Part shown: piece by piece, positions 36,263 to 48,584 of the stretch
How positions within the stretch are numbered: the first letter of the stretch is position 1
Layout: each line of letters starts with the position of its first letter
Assembly (NCBI RefSeq): GCF_036365525.1
Contig: NC_090380.1
Location: 91,746,194 to 91,810,193 of the forward strand
Direction: 5' to 3'
Origin: Heterodontus francisci
Taxonomy: Eukaryota
Length of the DNA stretch: 64,000 bases
The notes under the pieces: generated by a model
What the model was told of the DNA's origin: nothing
Database searches by the model: none
What the model saw: only the letters and a program-made list of their open reading frames with translations
Translations under genes and position numbers: made by a program

Positions 36263-36548
36263 AGAAACATAGAAACACAGAAAATAGGAACAGGAGTGGG
36301 CCATTCGGCCCTTCGAGGCTGCTCCGCCATTCATTATGATCATGGCTGATCATCCAACTCAGTAACCTGTTTCCGCTTTCTCCCCATACCCTTTGATCCC
36401 TTTAGACCCAAGAGCTATATCTAACTCCTTCTTGAAAACATACAATGTTTTGGCCTCAACTGATTTGTGTGGTAGCGAATTCCACAGGCTCACCACTCTC
36501 TGGGTGAAGAAATTTCTCCTCATCTCAGTCCTGAAAGGTCTACCCCGT
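36263..36548 (-). mobile_element. CR1 3' end
   Basis: (agaaacat)n tail and CR1 3'-UTR. Confidence 0.75.
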
Positions 36549-38050
36549 AGGGGTAGGGGTTCTTCGCGCTGCTGAGTGGTCAGCTGAGAGTGATTAGAGT
36601 ATACTAAGTATTTAAATTAGCTGACCTCATCTTGCAAGGGGAGGTAAACTTTGAGTACAGTATTTCTCTTTCTGCTTGATGCAGACTAAGTTAGTGAAAT
36701 GAGCATCGAATCAGCCGCAACAGCTGATTGATATCACAATGAGACCTCTCCTGATGCTACCGGTACGTGCATGGCACACCAGCACTAGCAACCTGTTCAG
36801 CATGGGGTGCCAGGCGAGACAGTGGTCGGTAGTGCAGCCCACGCCATTTTATGGCTTCGGGGTACCCGCACCAGTGGAGCCCAAAATTGGAGCCATATAA
36901 AGAGAAGGATACAGTGGCACACTACCGGAAATCTTTCTCATTTCTTTTTATGGTCAATAAATCACTGCAGCTTTTTATCATTTATTACTGGGGAATAATC
37001 TATTCACAGCGAAGAAATATTAGCAGACGAGCAGAAACCCACAAAACATTTGTGTTGAAATTAATATCTATCACAACAGTACTTCTTTAAGTACAGGATT
37101 TCTGATTATTCTTTCACTAAAGAATTTAACAGAATCAAAACTTCTCACTCTGGAAAAAGCTACATAAAATTGTCCATGTGTAAAGCAGACCTAGGAATAT
37201 AAATATAAATTTTGGCCTTGTGACTTTTTTATAGTCAGAGAATATGAATGTCTAATTGGGAGTTGGAAAGGTAGGTTTACATCTGATGGACTCAATATTA
37301 TTTGAGGAATAAACACTCTATTTCCTTGAAATATGCTTGTTATAATTTCAGCATCTATCATGGAAGAAAACAGCTTCCTAACTACCAATTTTAGAGTCAT
37401 TTACGGCACAGAAGAAGGCCATTCAGCCCATCGAATCCATAACAGCTTTCCACAGAGCGATGCAGTCAGTTCCACTCTTCCACTCGATTCCCGTAGGCCT
37501 GCAAGTCTATTTCTTTCAGGTAGCCATTCAACTTCCTCTTGAAGTCATTGATTGTTTCCACTTCCACCAGCCTTGTGGACATTACCATTTGCTGCATAAC
37601 ATAGTGCTTCCTCATATTCCCCCCTGCATCTTTTGCCCAAAACTTTCAATCTGTGTCCCCTAGTCCTTGTACCATTAGTTAATAGGAACAGCTTTTCCTT
37701 GTCTAACTTATCTACCTGTCATAATCATGTGCACTTCTATTAACCTCTTTTGTTCTAAGAAGAACAAGCCCAGCTTTTCCAACCTAACCTTTTTTGTGTG
37801 ATTGCCTTTAAAAGTGGTGTCCCTTTAAGATCTTAATATGACAATAAGCTAAGTACCAGGATGTTGTCATGTGACTACATGCCAGTCTCACTCTGCTACT
37901 GTAACATCTAGAAACAAGTCATGTAAATAGTTAGCTCTGCATTGTATATACTTGTTAGCTGTTCATAAACCTGTTTGAGATCTTCAATCAACTGGACTCC
38001 ATGCATCTCATTTATGTTGCATCAGACAACATAAAAAGCTTCTCATTACA

Positions 38051-38066
38051 TGGTGGCATGTGGTGA
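38051..38066 (+). promoter_or_regulatory. Primer-binding site, probably a degenerate tRNA-Leu type
   Basis: tggtggcatgtggtg directly after the 5' LTR resembles TGGTGGCAGCGGTGG. Confidence 0.6.
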
Positions 38067-40112
38067 GAAGACAGAATCCAAGATTGAAGACCACAGGAAA
38101 ACAACTTTAAAAACTACCTGCAGCTAAAGGACAGTATGTTAAAAGAAACACTGGCCCAAACAGTGTAAAGAAGAAAAAAAAAACTCAGTTCCAGCTATAG
38201 AAGACAGAGCTGAATGACAGGCTACAAATCAATCACTGTGAGCAGGTGAGTCAGTCTCCTGTCGGTACATGAACCTCAGATGAAATAAAAGCTTTGAGGT
38301 GCTTGCAAAGTTATTTTTTGTAAAAAGGCTCAATAAAAGAAAAAAACAGGAAAACCCAATCCCTATCTCAGGCTGATTGCAAATTTTCAAAGGTTTCCCC
38401 AGGCTGATCAGGTCTGCACCATTACAGGAAGTGCCCAACAGCAAAAAACACGAGAATCCTCCATTCACACAGCTCACAGCTAGAGCTATAGATAGAAATT
38501 AATTTAATAACTTTAATGCTGAAGAGCTTTCATTCATTCAGTCCCAGTTTTTAAAAAAACTCATAAAGCCCTCAAGCATGAAGATTGTCTCTTGAACGGC
38601 TGTATAAACAAACCCAAGTTTTAAAAAGCACTTGAAATGCCTATTGTACAGCTGTGTAAACAGACAGGCTAGAGTTCTGGAAGCTAGATAAACAGACAGG
38701 CTGCTCCTGTCAATCAAACCAGCCAGTCTAAAGAAGATAATTTTTTTAAAAAGGGAAAGCAGTACAGAGTCACAGAAGCAAGTTCTTAAAGAAAGTTTCA
38801 AAGTAAAAGGACAGCAGGGAAATGGGTAACGAATTTCCTAGCATGAACTGGAAAGCCTTGGATATCCTATCCGAGTTCAAACTGTTCCAACGGAGAATGC
38901 AATTATGTTTTATAGAGCAAGTAATTGCAGAACCAGAAAAATAGGCTGTAAAAATAATGATAGCAATTGGAAATGAGGGATTTCATAGAATCAATACCTC
39001 TGGATTATCTGAACAGGACTAGAAAGATCCCACAAATATATGGAAAGTGCTGGAAGATCAGCTCAGATTGAGAGTGAATTTTTGAATTCACCGCCTGGAA
39101 TTGATGTCCTACAGGCAACAGCCACAGGAATCAATAGACCAGTTCATCAGCAGATGCTGTAGTAAGGACAACAAATGGAACCTTTCAGAAGTTGAGCTGT
39201 CACACTGAATAATGGAGCTGGTGATTGCATCAACACTCATTGAAGTGTTCCAGAAAGACCTCTTGGGGGAAAAAGGAAAAGTCACAGCACTGCTGGAAGA
39301 TGGCAGGAAATATGAAGCTATTGTAGCTGGCCAAAAACTTCTACAAGCTCTAGGTGCAACCAGCAGTATCGGCACATAATCAGGTCAAAAAGAGTAAGCA
39401 AGCTGTGTGGTAAATGTGGTCTGTCCCACTCATGGCAAAATTGTCTTGCATTTTGAGACCTGTGCAAGGCATGCAGGGCAAAAGGACACTGGCCCCGCCT
39501 ATGCAGGAATTCTGGCTCCAAAGATGCAGCCAGAAGTCACAGTAAAACACAAACAAACAGAAAACAGGGCAACCATAGCAAGGAAAGCATCACAGCCCTG
39601 CATAAACACAAACCAATTCAAGAGGTCACTAGCGAAACAGACCTGAGGCAAGACCCAGAGAGAAGATGAACAGGCATTCCACATTGTGAACCTAACACAT
39701 CACATTGATGAAGTCCAACAACTGGAAGCTTTCACCACTATTAACATCATGTGCCCAAAGAAAGCTAGAAAACATACACGCAAGGTCAAGATTGACACCA
39801 GTGCTAGTGCAAATATCCTACCAGTCCAAATCCTCAAAGATATGTACCGGAGTTGTCGGAAATCAATGATACAACTGACAACTGCCAAGTTATCTGCATG
39901 CAACGGGTCACCCATCCCTTGCAATGGCACATTAACAATGTAATGCAGATATGGCAAGTCGGCATGGAAACCACAAATGTTCTACCTGGTAGACACGAGC
40001 GAACCAGCAGTGGCAGGACTACCAGCGTGTAAGGACCTCAACACCATAACTATCCACAAGAGCATTGCCAAAGAGAAAATCTCCTACGACCGGAACCTGA
40101 TCGCAGACTCTG

Positions 40113-40202
40113 ACCAGCATCAGATGGTGAAATCTGGAAACCCAACAACAGCACAAATATGCCGTGCCTTCACTTCTGCTCTCTAGAGAATTGCTAGCAC
40201 CA
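40113..40202 (+). pseudogene. myc-like: Captured Myc-family fragment, part 1 (Myc box IV)
   Basis: Frame starting 40143 reads QQQHKYAVPSLLLSRELLAP, preceded by IRW*NLET; compare Myc/N-Myc/L-Myc KRCH..HQQHNYAAPS. Confidence 0.75.
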
Positions 40203-41053
40203 CCAGTGTGATTTGGACAGGTTGAGTAAGCGGGTAAATACATGGCAGATGCAGTATAATGTGGATAAATGTGAGGTTATCCACTTTGGTGGCAAAAACA
40301 GAAAGGCAGATTATTATCTGAATGGCGATAGGTTGGGAAAGGGGGAGCTGCAGTGAGACCTGGGTGTCCTTGTGCACCAGTCGCTGAAAGTAAGTATGCA
40401 GGTGCAGCAGGAGTTAAGAAGGCAAATGGTATGTTAGCCTTCATAGCGAGAGGATTCGAGTACAGGAGCAAGGATGTCTTGCTGCAATTATACAAGGCCT
40501 TGGTGAGACCGCATCTGGAATATTGTGTGCAGTTTTAGTCCCGTTATCTGAGGAAGGATGTTCTTGCTATGGAAGGAGTGCAGCGAAGTTCACCAGACTG
40601 ATTCTGATGGCAGGACTGACATATGAAGAGAGATTGGGTCGATTAGGCTTGTATTCGCTGGAGTTTAGAAGAAAGAGAGGGGATCTCATAGAAACCTAAA
40701 AATTCTAACAGGACTGGACAGACTAGATGCAGGAAGGATGTTCCCAATAGTGGGGGAGTCTGGGACGAGGGTTCACAATCGAAGGATAAGGGGTAAGCCA
40801 TTTAGGACTGAGATGAGGAGGGATTTCTTCACCCAGAGAGTGGTGAACCTGTGGAATTCTCTACCACAGAAAGCAGTTGAGGCCAAATCATTAAATATAT
40901 TTAAGAAAGAGTTAGATATAGTTCTTAGGGCTAAAGGAATCAAGGGATATGGGGAGAATGCGGGAACAGGGTACTGAGTTTGGACGATCAGCCAAGGTCG
41001 TATTGAATGGCAGTGCAGGCTCAAAGGGCCTGCTCCTATTTTCTATGTTTCTA
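40203..41053 (+). mobile_element. CR1 3' fragment inserted into the captured myc sequence
   Basis: LDRL..WQMQYNVDKCEVIHFG...[12 protein letters not shown] and a ttctatgtttcta tail. Confidence 0.9.
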
Positions 41054-41394
41054 CAATGAGACAGAATGGACAGATATTTCCATGAGGCCAAGTCCTGCTC
41101 CCCCAAAAAGTCCTCGAACTTGAGCCCAAGCCTTCTGACGAAGAGGATGTGGAGAGGCAAAGGAGACACAATGTCCTGAAGAGGCAGAGGAGGAATGAGT
41201 TGAAGCATTGTCTGTTGGTTCCTTGAGATGAGGTGCCAGAACTTTCCAAGAATGACAAGGCCTCAAAGGTGGTCATCTTGAGAAAAGCAACAAAGTATGT
41301 TAGCAGGCTGAAGGCAGAGCAACAGAAACTGAATGCAGAGAGGGAGAAACGGCAGAAAGAACAGCAACAGGTGAGACGCAAAGTCCCCGAGCAA
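41054..41394 (+). pseudogene. myc-like: Captured Myc-family fragment, part 2 (bHLH-leucine zipper)
   Basis: Frame from 41131 reads [83 protein letters not shown]. Compare Myc [42 protein letters not shown]. Stop at 41224 is CGA>TGA-like. Confidence 0.93.
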
Positions 41395-42638
41395 GAGTCG
41401 TCAGACCACTGATATATGGACTTTTGAGCCTCTATATTTGTAAAATTTCACAATCGCAATCCATGTGTAAATAATTTTGATGTTATCTAATTTTATGTAT
41501 TTTTACTTTTAGCATACGAGACTTATCTTTGGAAAGAAGGGGGATGTTGTGCCTTTGAGAGTGATGTCGCTTTAAGATCTTAATATGATAATGAGCTAAG
41601 TACTAGGATGTGGTCATGTGACTACATGCCAGTCTGGCTCTGCTATTCTAACTCTTGGAGGCAAGTCATGTAAATAATTAGCTCTGCACTGTATATACTT
41701 GTTAGCTGTTAATAAACCTGTATGAGATCTTCAATCAACTGAACTCCATGCATCTCATTTATGTTGCATCAGACAACATATAAAGCTTCTCATTACAACC
41801 TTGTAATTAAAATCCCCCATCCCTGGAAGCATTCTGGTAAATCTCCTCTGAAACCTCTCAAGGATCCTGACATCCTTCCTGAAGTGTGGTGACCAGAACT
41901 GGATGCAAAGCTCCAGTTGGGGCCTAGCCAGAGCTTTATAGAGGTTCAGCATAACTTTGCTGCTTTTGTACTCAATGTCTCTATTTATGAAGACCAAGAT
42001 CCCATAGGTTTTACTAACCACTCTCTCAATTTGTCCTTCCACCTTCAAAGATCAATGCACATGCACCCCCACGTCCCTCCGTTCATGCACATTCTTTAGA
42101 ACTGTGCCATTAAGTATATATATTGCCTCTCCCTATTCCTTCTGCCAAAATGCATCACCTCACACTTGTCTGTATGAAATTCCATCTGCCACCTCTCTGC
42201 CCATTCTGCTAGCCTATCTATGTCCTGTTGCAGGCAGTTCATATCATCCTCACTATTTGCCTCATCTCCAATTTTGGTGTCGTCTGCAAATTTTAAGATT
42301 CTACTCTGTATTCCAAGATCCAAGCCATTTATATATAGCAAAAAGCTTGTTCCATGACAAGGTCCTTGTTTAGGATTCAAGTTTCATAGCAACATCATAA
42401 CTGTTCCTTCCTTGAGTCTAAGTTTGTGCAGTGGCATACCCATTGGAGTTAGGCGGTGTAGCGCCTCTGGAGGGTATTTATTGTCATCATATTATTCGTC
42501 TATATAGGAACATAAGAAATAGGAGCAGGAATAGGCCATTCGGCCTCTTGAGCCTGCTCTGCCATTCAACTAGATCATGGCTGACCTTCTATCGCAACAC
42601 CATTTTCCTGCACTATCCTCATATCCCATGATAACTTT

Positions 42639-43368
42639 TGTTGGCCAGGGGCTGTAAGAAACACAGAATCGGTTACAAAGTGCTGGGATTGTTTGACCTG
42701 TAGTAACCTGGAGCTCGGACACAGGCCTGTGCTGGTAAAAACCAGTTTGAACTAATTACTTTATGGGACAAGACAAAGAACAGGACACAGGAAAAGGGCC
42801 TTATTTGGACACGGTGTGATACCGGGGTCTTTGGGCCTGGGCCAATTAAGAGAAGCTGTGAACGAGGTGATCAAGCTTAAGCCAACCGGAAAGACACAGC
42901 TCAGATTTGCAGAGATAAGCAACAGGATAAGAATAGAGCTTTTTGGGCATAGAGCCAGCGAAAACTCCGGAGATCAACCATCGTGGATGCGGAAGACCCT
43001 GCATGAGTGACGCGGCGACGACGTAGAAGAGAGAGAGAGGGAGGGAGAGAGAGAACGGAACGCCTGGCCAGCGTTAACTCTCCCTTTTTCGGGTAATATC
43101 CTTTGTATTCTGTGACTAGGACAGGGAAAGGTCAGAGAAACCTAGTGGGTGTGCTTATGAATTCTAGCTAGTTTTGTTATTAACTGTATAACTCAGGGGA
43201 GTTGTATGTTTTTGTCTAACTAAGTGTATAAGCCTTATTCTTACATGGTACAACAATGTGAATAAAGTAAATTGATAGTTAAAGAAAGGACTGAGTTCCC
43301 CCTCTTTGTACTAAGCCAGTGACTGTAGCTGTGGACAAGGGGGAGTTGACTCCGCTCCACGGTTAACA
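42639..43368 (+). mobile_element. Solo LTR (730 bp)
   Basis: TGTT...AACA ends, cttt 4-bp TSD (42635-42638, 43369-43372) and AATAAA at 43261. Confidence 0.8.
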
Positions 43369-43415
43369 CTTTAATATCTAGAAATCTATCCATCTCTGTC
43401 TTGAGCATACTCAAT

Positions 43416-43599
43416 GGCCAGAATATTACGCCCCCAAACGAACTTCCTGCTTCAAGGAGGTGGATGCCCCGCCCAAGACCAATTAAGGATCCAGGTAGCG
43501 TAAAATCCTGGTCTGGCTCCCCAGGCCTGGCAGAGGTGGGCTCGCTACTGACTTTTCGGCCAGTGGACCGGGCCTCCCGCACAATGAAAAATTCCAACC
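43416..43599. mobile_element. Short Harbinger-type MITE related to 56118-56870
   Basis: Reverse complement of 56120-56280, with aat flanks. Confidence 0.65.
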
Positions 43600-43659
43600 A
43601 ATGACTGAGCATCCACTGCTCTTTGAGGCAGAGATTTCCAAAGATTCAGCACCCTAACA

Positions 43660-44335
43660 GTTGGTTTTTATTCTTTCATGGGATGTGGGCATCGCTGGCT
43701 AAACCAGCATTTATTGCCCATCCCTAATTGTCATTGAGAAAGTGGTGTTCAGCTGCCTTCTTGAATCGCTGCAGTTCATGTGGGGTCAGTACACCCACAG
43801 TGCTGTTAGGAAGAGAGTTCCAGGATTTTGACCCAGCGACAGTGAAGGAACGGTGATATAGTTCCAAGTCAGGGTGGTGTGTGACTCGGAGGGGAACTTG
43901 CAGGTAGTAGTGTTCCATGCATCTACTGCCCTTGTCCTTCTAGGTGGTAGAGGGTTTGGAAGGTGCTACCTGAGGAGCCTTGGTGCATTGCTGCAGTGCA
44001 TCTTGTAGATGGTACACACTGCTGCTACTGTGCGTCGGTGGTGGAGGGAGTGAATGTTGGTGGATGGGGTGCCAATCAAGCGGATTGCTTTGTCCTGGAT
44101 GGTGTTGAGCTTCTTGAGTGTTGTTGGAGCTGCACCCATCCAGGCAAGTGGAGAGTATTCCATCACACTCCTGACTTGTGCCTTGTAGATGGTGGGCAGG
44201 CTTTGGGGAGTCAGGAGGTGAGTTACTTGCCGCAGGATTCCTGGCCTCTGACCTGCTCTTGTAGCCACGGTATTTATATGGCTACTCCAGTTCAGTTTCT
44301 GTTCAATGGTAACCCCCAGGATGTTGATAGTGGGG
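43660..44335 (-). mobile_element. CR1/L2-group LINE family B, 3' fragment
   Basis: YKAQVRSVMEYSPLAWMGAAPTTL; the same family occurs at 48585, 54720 and 58440. Confidence 0.8.
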
Positions 44336-47300
44336 GAAGAAATTCCTCCTTATCTCAGTCCTAAATGGCATATCTCATAATTGATTCATGATTCTGAGAT
44401 TGTGTCCCCTGGTTCTTGATCCCCCCAGCCCTCCTTTCTGCATCAACCCTGTTGAGCCCTGTAAGATTTTGTATGTTTCAATTAGATTACCTGTCATTCA
44501 TAGGATCAACACTGATGAATTCTTTTAATTTACCTGAAAGCTTTTCTAAAACTTCATTTTTAGCACAAAGAATAGCTTTCAAGTAATAAGTTGTATAAAA
44601 TAATTGTCCTCATCATTTTGCCACTTAACCAATTCCATCATCTCATTCACCCCTCCCATGCCATCCCCATCCTGCTCTTGACATCCCCATCCCTCCCATC
44701 AATTCCATCCCATCCCTCATGGAAACAATCTCTCCAGCCAGGGTAATTTTGTTGTTCGGCTCACCTTACCTTCCGCTGTTTTTATTATCCACCAACACCC
44801 CCCATCCTGCTGCCGATGCTGCTGCCACCAACCGTTGGAAGCCAGATGTGTGTCATATGCTCCAGTTCTCCAAGCACCTCATGTACCTCTGTGTGCACCA
44901 GGCATCGTCCACTAAATAAACCCACCAACAGACGTATCCCTTAAACTGAACAATCAAAACAGTCCAGACAGACAATGAAAACAAGTATTATTATTTTGTT
45001 GTTGCAATGCTGATGGTTACCACTAGAGGTCAATGTAATCATGCAGGAGAGGCTACTATATTCTCTACGACAATATATAGTGAAGCTAAATAAAATATAA
45101 TGGGAAGCATCCAACTGGTCCATGCCAGTATTTATGCTCTGCATGAGTCTCCTCCTCCCCTAATGTTCAGCACAAAATTTGAAATAGATGCTTCATGGAG
45201 GTTTTCAGAAATATCAACTATTTATTACTTGGTGCCTCTTTTCTCCACACGCAGCCTTCTTTCATTGCAGTTTTGCTCCAAGCAATCGTTTTTGTTAAAA
45301 GTAAGACAACAACACCTTTAAGGGCAGCTAACAGCTCTTCAATAGTCGTTGCACCCTCACAGCCTTCACATTCTTTTTGGTGTTGTACAGACTGGATTGC
45401 CATTTATATATTTAAATTAACTGGCCTCACATTGAGGGGAGGTAAACTTTAATTACAGTATTTATCTTTCTACTTGAATACAGAAATCCAATTCATAGAA
45501 AAGGCAAATCTGGATAGTATATATTTACATGCAATTTCATTCCCTATCCTTATGAACAAACAAAAGTCATGGAGGCATTTAAAATAATGTTCATTGGCTT
45601 TGAGCATTTTTATTAGTTATATAAATATTCGAGATGGGGGAGGGAAAAGGCTGTTTGACTAGGTGGGGCAGTTAGCGGTGGGAGGTCATGTGATGAAATC
45701 TCCAGTAATATGTCCAACCAAAGTTGTCAACCCAAATATATTCTCCATGTACTCTTGCGATTCTTGAAGTGCTGGTCACCATGGGCCACTTGCATACAGC
45801 TTCTGAAGGGAGTCTGCAGCTTTGAGGTAAGCTTGACAGGAGGGGGCAGCTAGGGAGTGACATCTAATGTGGAGGCTCTCAATTAAAGGGCAAAATAATG
45901 GAGTAAAGTAAAGCTACCGCACTGTAATGAACGAGGGATTGGTATCTGGTCAGGTTTTCTGTGCATAAATGGTTTGGAGAAAGATCAACAATAACTGCAA
46001 TTTGATATATGGAGCTACAACAACTTAGCACACTTCATGGACAAGAATGGTGCTACACGAACGCTCCTGTTGCTAGTATGCTTGCCTTATGTATATTAAT
46101 GACTCAGCCCTGTAATTTTGGACAAGACCTGGATCTCTCCACTGCCATTTTTTCACCAGAAAAGAAGTCCAACAGGAGTTTCAGAGCTTTTGTTTTTATT
46201 ATGTATCTGGAACCTGTGCACAATCGCTTGCAATTTCCATGGGATTCTCCCAATGTCCTGCCAAAACATGGGTGGGTGATCAATGAAACCCTTGGAGAAA
46301 CAGTGTGAATGGCCATTTTAAGCCAGTAACTCCATTTGTCTGGTGGCTCCGTTGATCTTCTGCTGCAGAAATTTCAGTTGGATATGTTTGTGATTGATAA
46401 AAACTAAAATCTCCAGAGATAATGTCAATTTAACTAAGATTGCAGAGAGAGCATTGGTGCCACAGGATGATGGGCTTGCAAGTTTGATCCCCACACACCC
46501 GTCACTTCCACACATCAACAGCATTACTGTGGGAAGGGTCCAAGCAGTGTCCTCCAGTGGGGAGGGAGGAAGGGAGAGTTGTAGAGTGAGGGAATCCCAG
46601 GCTCTGCTCATGATCTCTTAGGATCCAAGACCAAGAGATGTTTTCGGAGACCTGAAGGCAGATTGCTCACTCGCTCTCCCAGTTGTAATCGGCATGATCC
46701 CCAGGGAGAAAGACCCAGGAGCTAGGGAAAATTAGAAAAGATTCCAAAGGGTAAACTATCACACTGGCATAGTTGGGATGGGTCTTCTAATGAGTGAAAA
46801 CACAGCATTGGAGTAGAGCAGATGCAGATACATTACATTTAACCCATGCTATACTGAACCTGAGTGTGCTGGATGCTGACACTGGGCACCAGGAATGGGA
46901 AAGTGTTCCAATTTACATCCTTTACCTTAATGAGCTTAAAATTTGCCAACAGGAAAGCAGAAAGATGTGAACCGATGGAGGGTTCAGAAGTTCCCATTTC
47001 AAACCGATCCACTTCGATTGGATTAGTTTACTATTTCACATTTTACTTAGGGGAATTGCAGTCAGATACTCTGGTGTTAATTCTTTTTTAAAATGACTCT
47101 GATGGATGCCACACGTTTAGTAAATTAAATAATAATGATGGGATGGGCTGATTCACTGCTGTGTTGAAGTGGTCTGCTGCCACTTCACAAATGTGTAGAC
47201 ATAAGGGAAATATTCCACTGGATTGCTGCTGTCAAAGCATGATTTCCTAAAGGGGGTGCTGTTATTCACTTTATTAATATGAAAAGATTGCTCAAGGATA

Positions 47301-48584
47301 AAGCCCTCCAATGAGCATCTCCTCAAATATTCATTTTAAAATGCACCATGTATGTTGGGGTTCTTTTAAAGGTTAAAAGAAACAATAATTATAAGGCTGA
47401 TGAAAGCGCAGCTTCCACTCCCAACTTTCACTGCAGTAGTGATGAGTGCAGGGGAAACGCTATAGCAAAATCTTGTCCAGTTTTTAGGCCTGACTTTGGA
47501 AATGCACCATAAATGAGGACACAATGCCAACCTCTGCTCAGTCAGCTGAGATAGTGTAACTTTATTGAAACATTTTTCCAGCAAGGAATACATCCATGTG
47601 GTTTTTAATACAAAGTTATGGCATTGTCAGGGTTTAATTTTAGGATGAGTAGTTTAGGATAGGCCAGTGCAGAGCTTTGCTCTGATGTATTTCTTTTAAA
47701 CAGAGAATGGTGCTGCAAATGTACATCATAGATATCCCCCTTTGTTGATTTGTGGTTACATGCCCCTAGTTAAGCAGTAGCAATATAGGACTGAATTTTC
47801 CCAGCCCACTGGAGATGAGGTTGGAGGCGGTGGGGGGTGGTGTTGTGGGGGAAATAGGGGAGTGCTGCGTCCGGATGGTTCCCTGACACATTCCCACCTC
47901 TGGGGAACTTGCCAGGATGCGGAAGAAAGTCAGCAGCCTGCTCCAATAAGGCAGGCAGCCAATTACACGGCTTAAGTAACAAATTAGGGACTATTTTCTG
48001 ATGGAGATGGCATCTTACCACCTTCAGAGTGGGACTCTGCCGTGTGGGAAGCGCACCAGCTCTCAAGAGGCGGCCTCCTGGCAACAGGACAGGAGGCCAT
48101 CGATGCCTCCTTTAAATCCACTCCCCCACTTCCTGGAACCTCCACAATGATGGCCTGGCAGCTGTGGCTACACTGAATTTTAACAATTTAAGAAATCTTC
48201 AGAGGGCACCTTGATCTTGAGGTGCCCTGGTGGCCTCCCACCTACATCGGCAGCAGCTACCTTTCCCATTGGGTCTGCTGGCTGCCCACAGCCTCAGGCA
48301 CTCCAGTTGACACTCCTGCCTTGCCCAACCTGTATTGAGAAGCTTTTTGTTGTCTGATGCAACATAAAATGAGATACGTGGAGTTCAGTTGCTTGAAGAT
48401 CTCAAACAGGTTTATTAACAGCTAAAAAGTATATACAGTGCAGAGTTAACTATTTACAGAACTTGCCTCTTAGTGTTACTCAGGCTCTGAGTCACATGAC
48501 TGCATCCTGGTACTCATCTCATTAGCATACTAAGATCTTCAGGGCCAACATGTTCCCGTAAAGATGAAGTGTAGGACCAACAAG

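Larger units (their letters stand above)
32529..36895 (-). mobile_element. Degenerate PIF/Harbinger transposon (HARBI1-like DDE transposase)
   Basis: AVKVTVALNFY...ISQ (35457-35840), HSLNVQLVCD...YPGSSHDA (34640-34984) and CCVLRNIAI. Imperfect TIRs ggccgcaaaattgggg / cccaaaattggagcc. Confidence 0.75.
37792..41797 (+). mobile_element. Gypsy LTR element C: LTR-gag-protease-[captured myc]-PPT-LTR
   Basis: LTRs 37792-38050 and ~41545-41797; acctt TSD (37787-37791, 41798-41802). PBS tggtggca at 38051, PPT ggaaagaagggga. Decayed gag from 38822 with CxxC..H..C knuckles; protease VKIDTSASANILP at ~39785. Confidence 0.92.
37392..42340 (-). mobile_element. CR1 fragment inserted in the Helitron and split by LTR element C
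   Basis: RT (FADDTK, KCEVMHFG) at 41803-42340 continues into the 3' region at 37392-37791. Confidence 0.85.
42505..44500 (-). mobile_element. CR1 3' fragment hosting a solo LTR, a MITE and a LINE piece
   Basis: aacataag tail at ~42508; the CR1 UTR resumes at 43369, ~43600 and 44336. Confidence 0.7.
37000..44640 (-). mobile_element. Fragmented Helitron PIF1-helicase fossil (pieces ~44500-44640, 42342-42505, 37000-37390)
   Basis: Collinear motifs KAILCAKNEVLEKLSG; YPPEALHRLTPMGMPLHKLRLKEG..NLNPKQGPCHGT; VFIPQIILSPSD..TIKKSQGQ..HGQFYVAFSRV. Confidence 0.8.

Noticed and set aside
36784-36808. Helitron 3' CTAG terminus with hairpin
   Set aside because: The hairpin is poor and the site falls within the Harbinger terminal region.
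41043-41381. Minus-strand ORFs listed in the track
   Set aside because: Antisense shadows of the Myc bHLH-zipper on the plus strand.
41131-41412. Functional host myc gene
   Set aside because: It lies between LTRs, has stops and a frameshift, lacks upstream exons and is split by a CR1.
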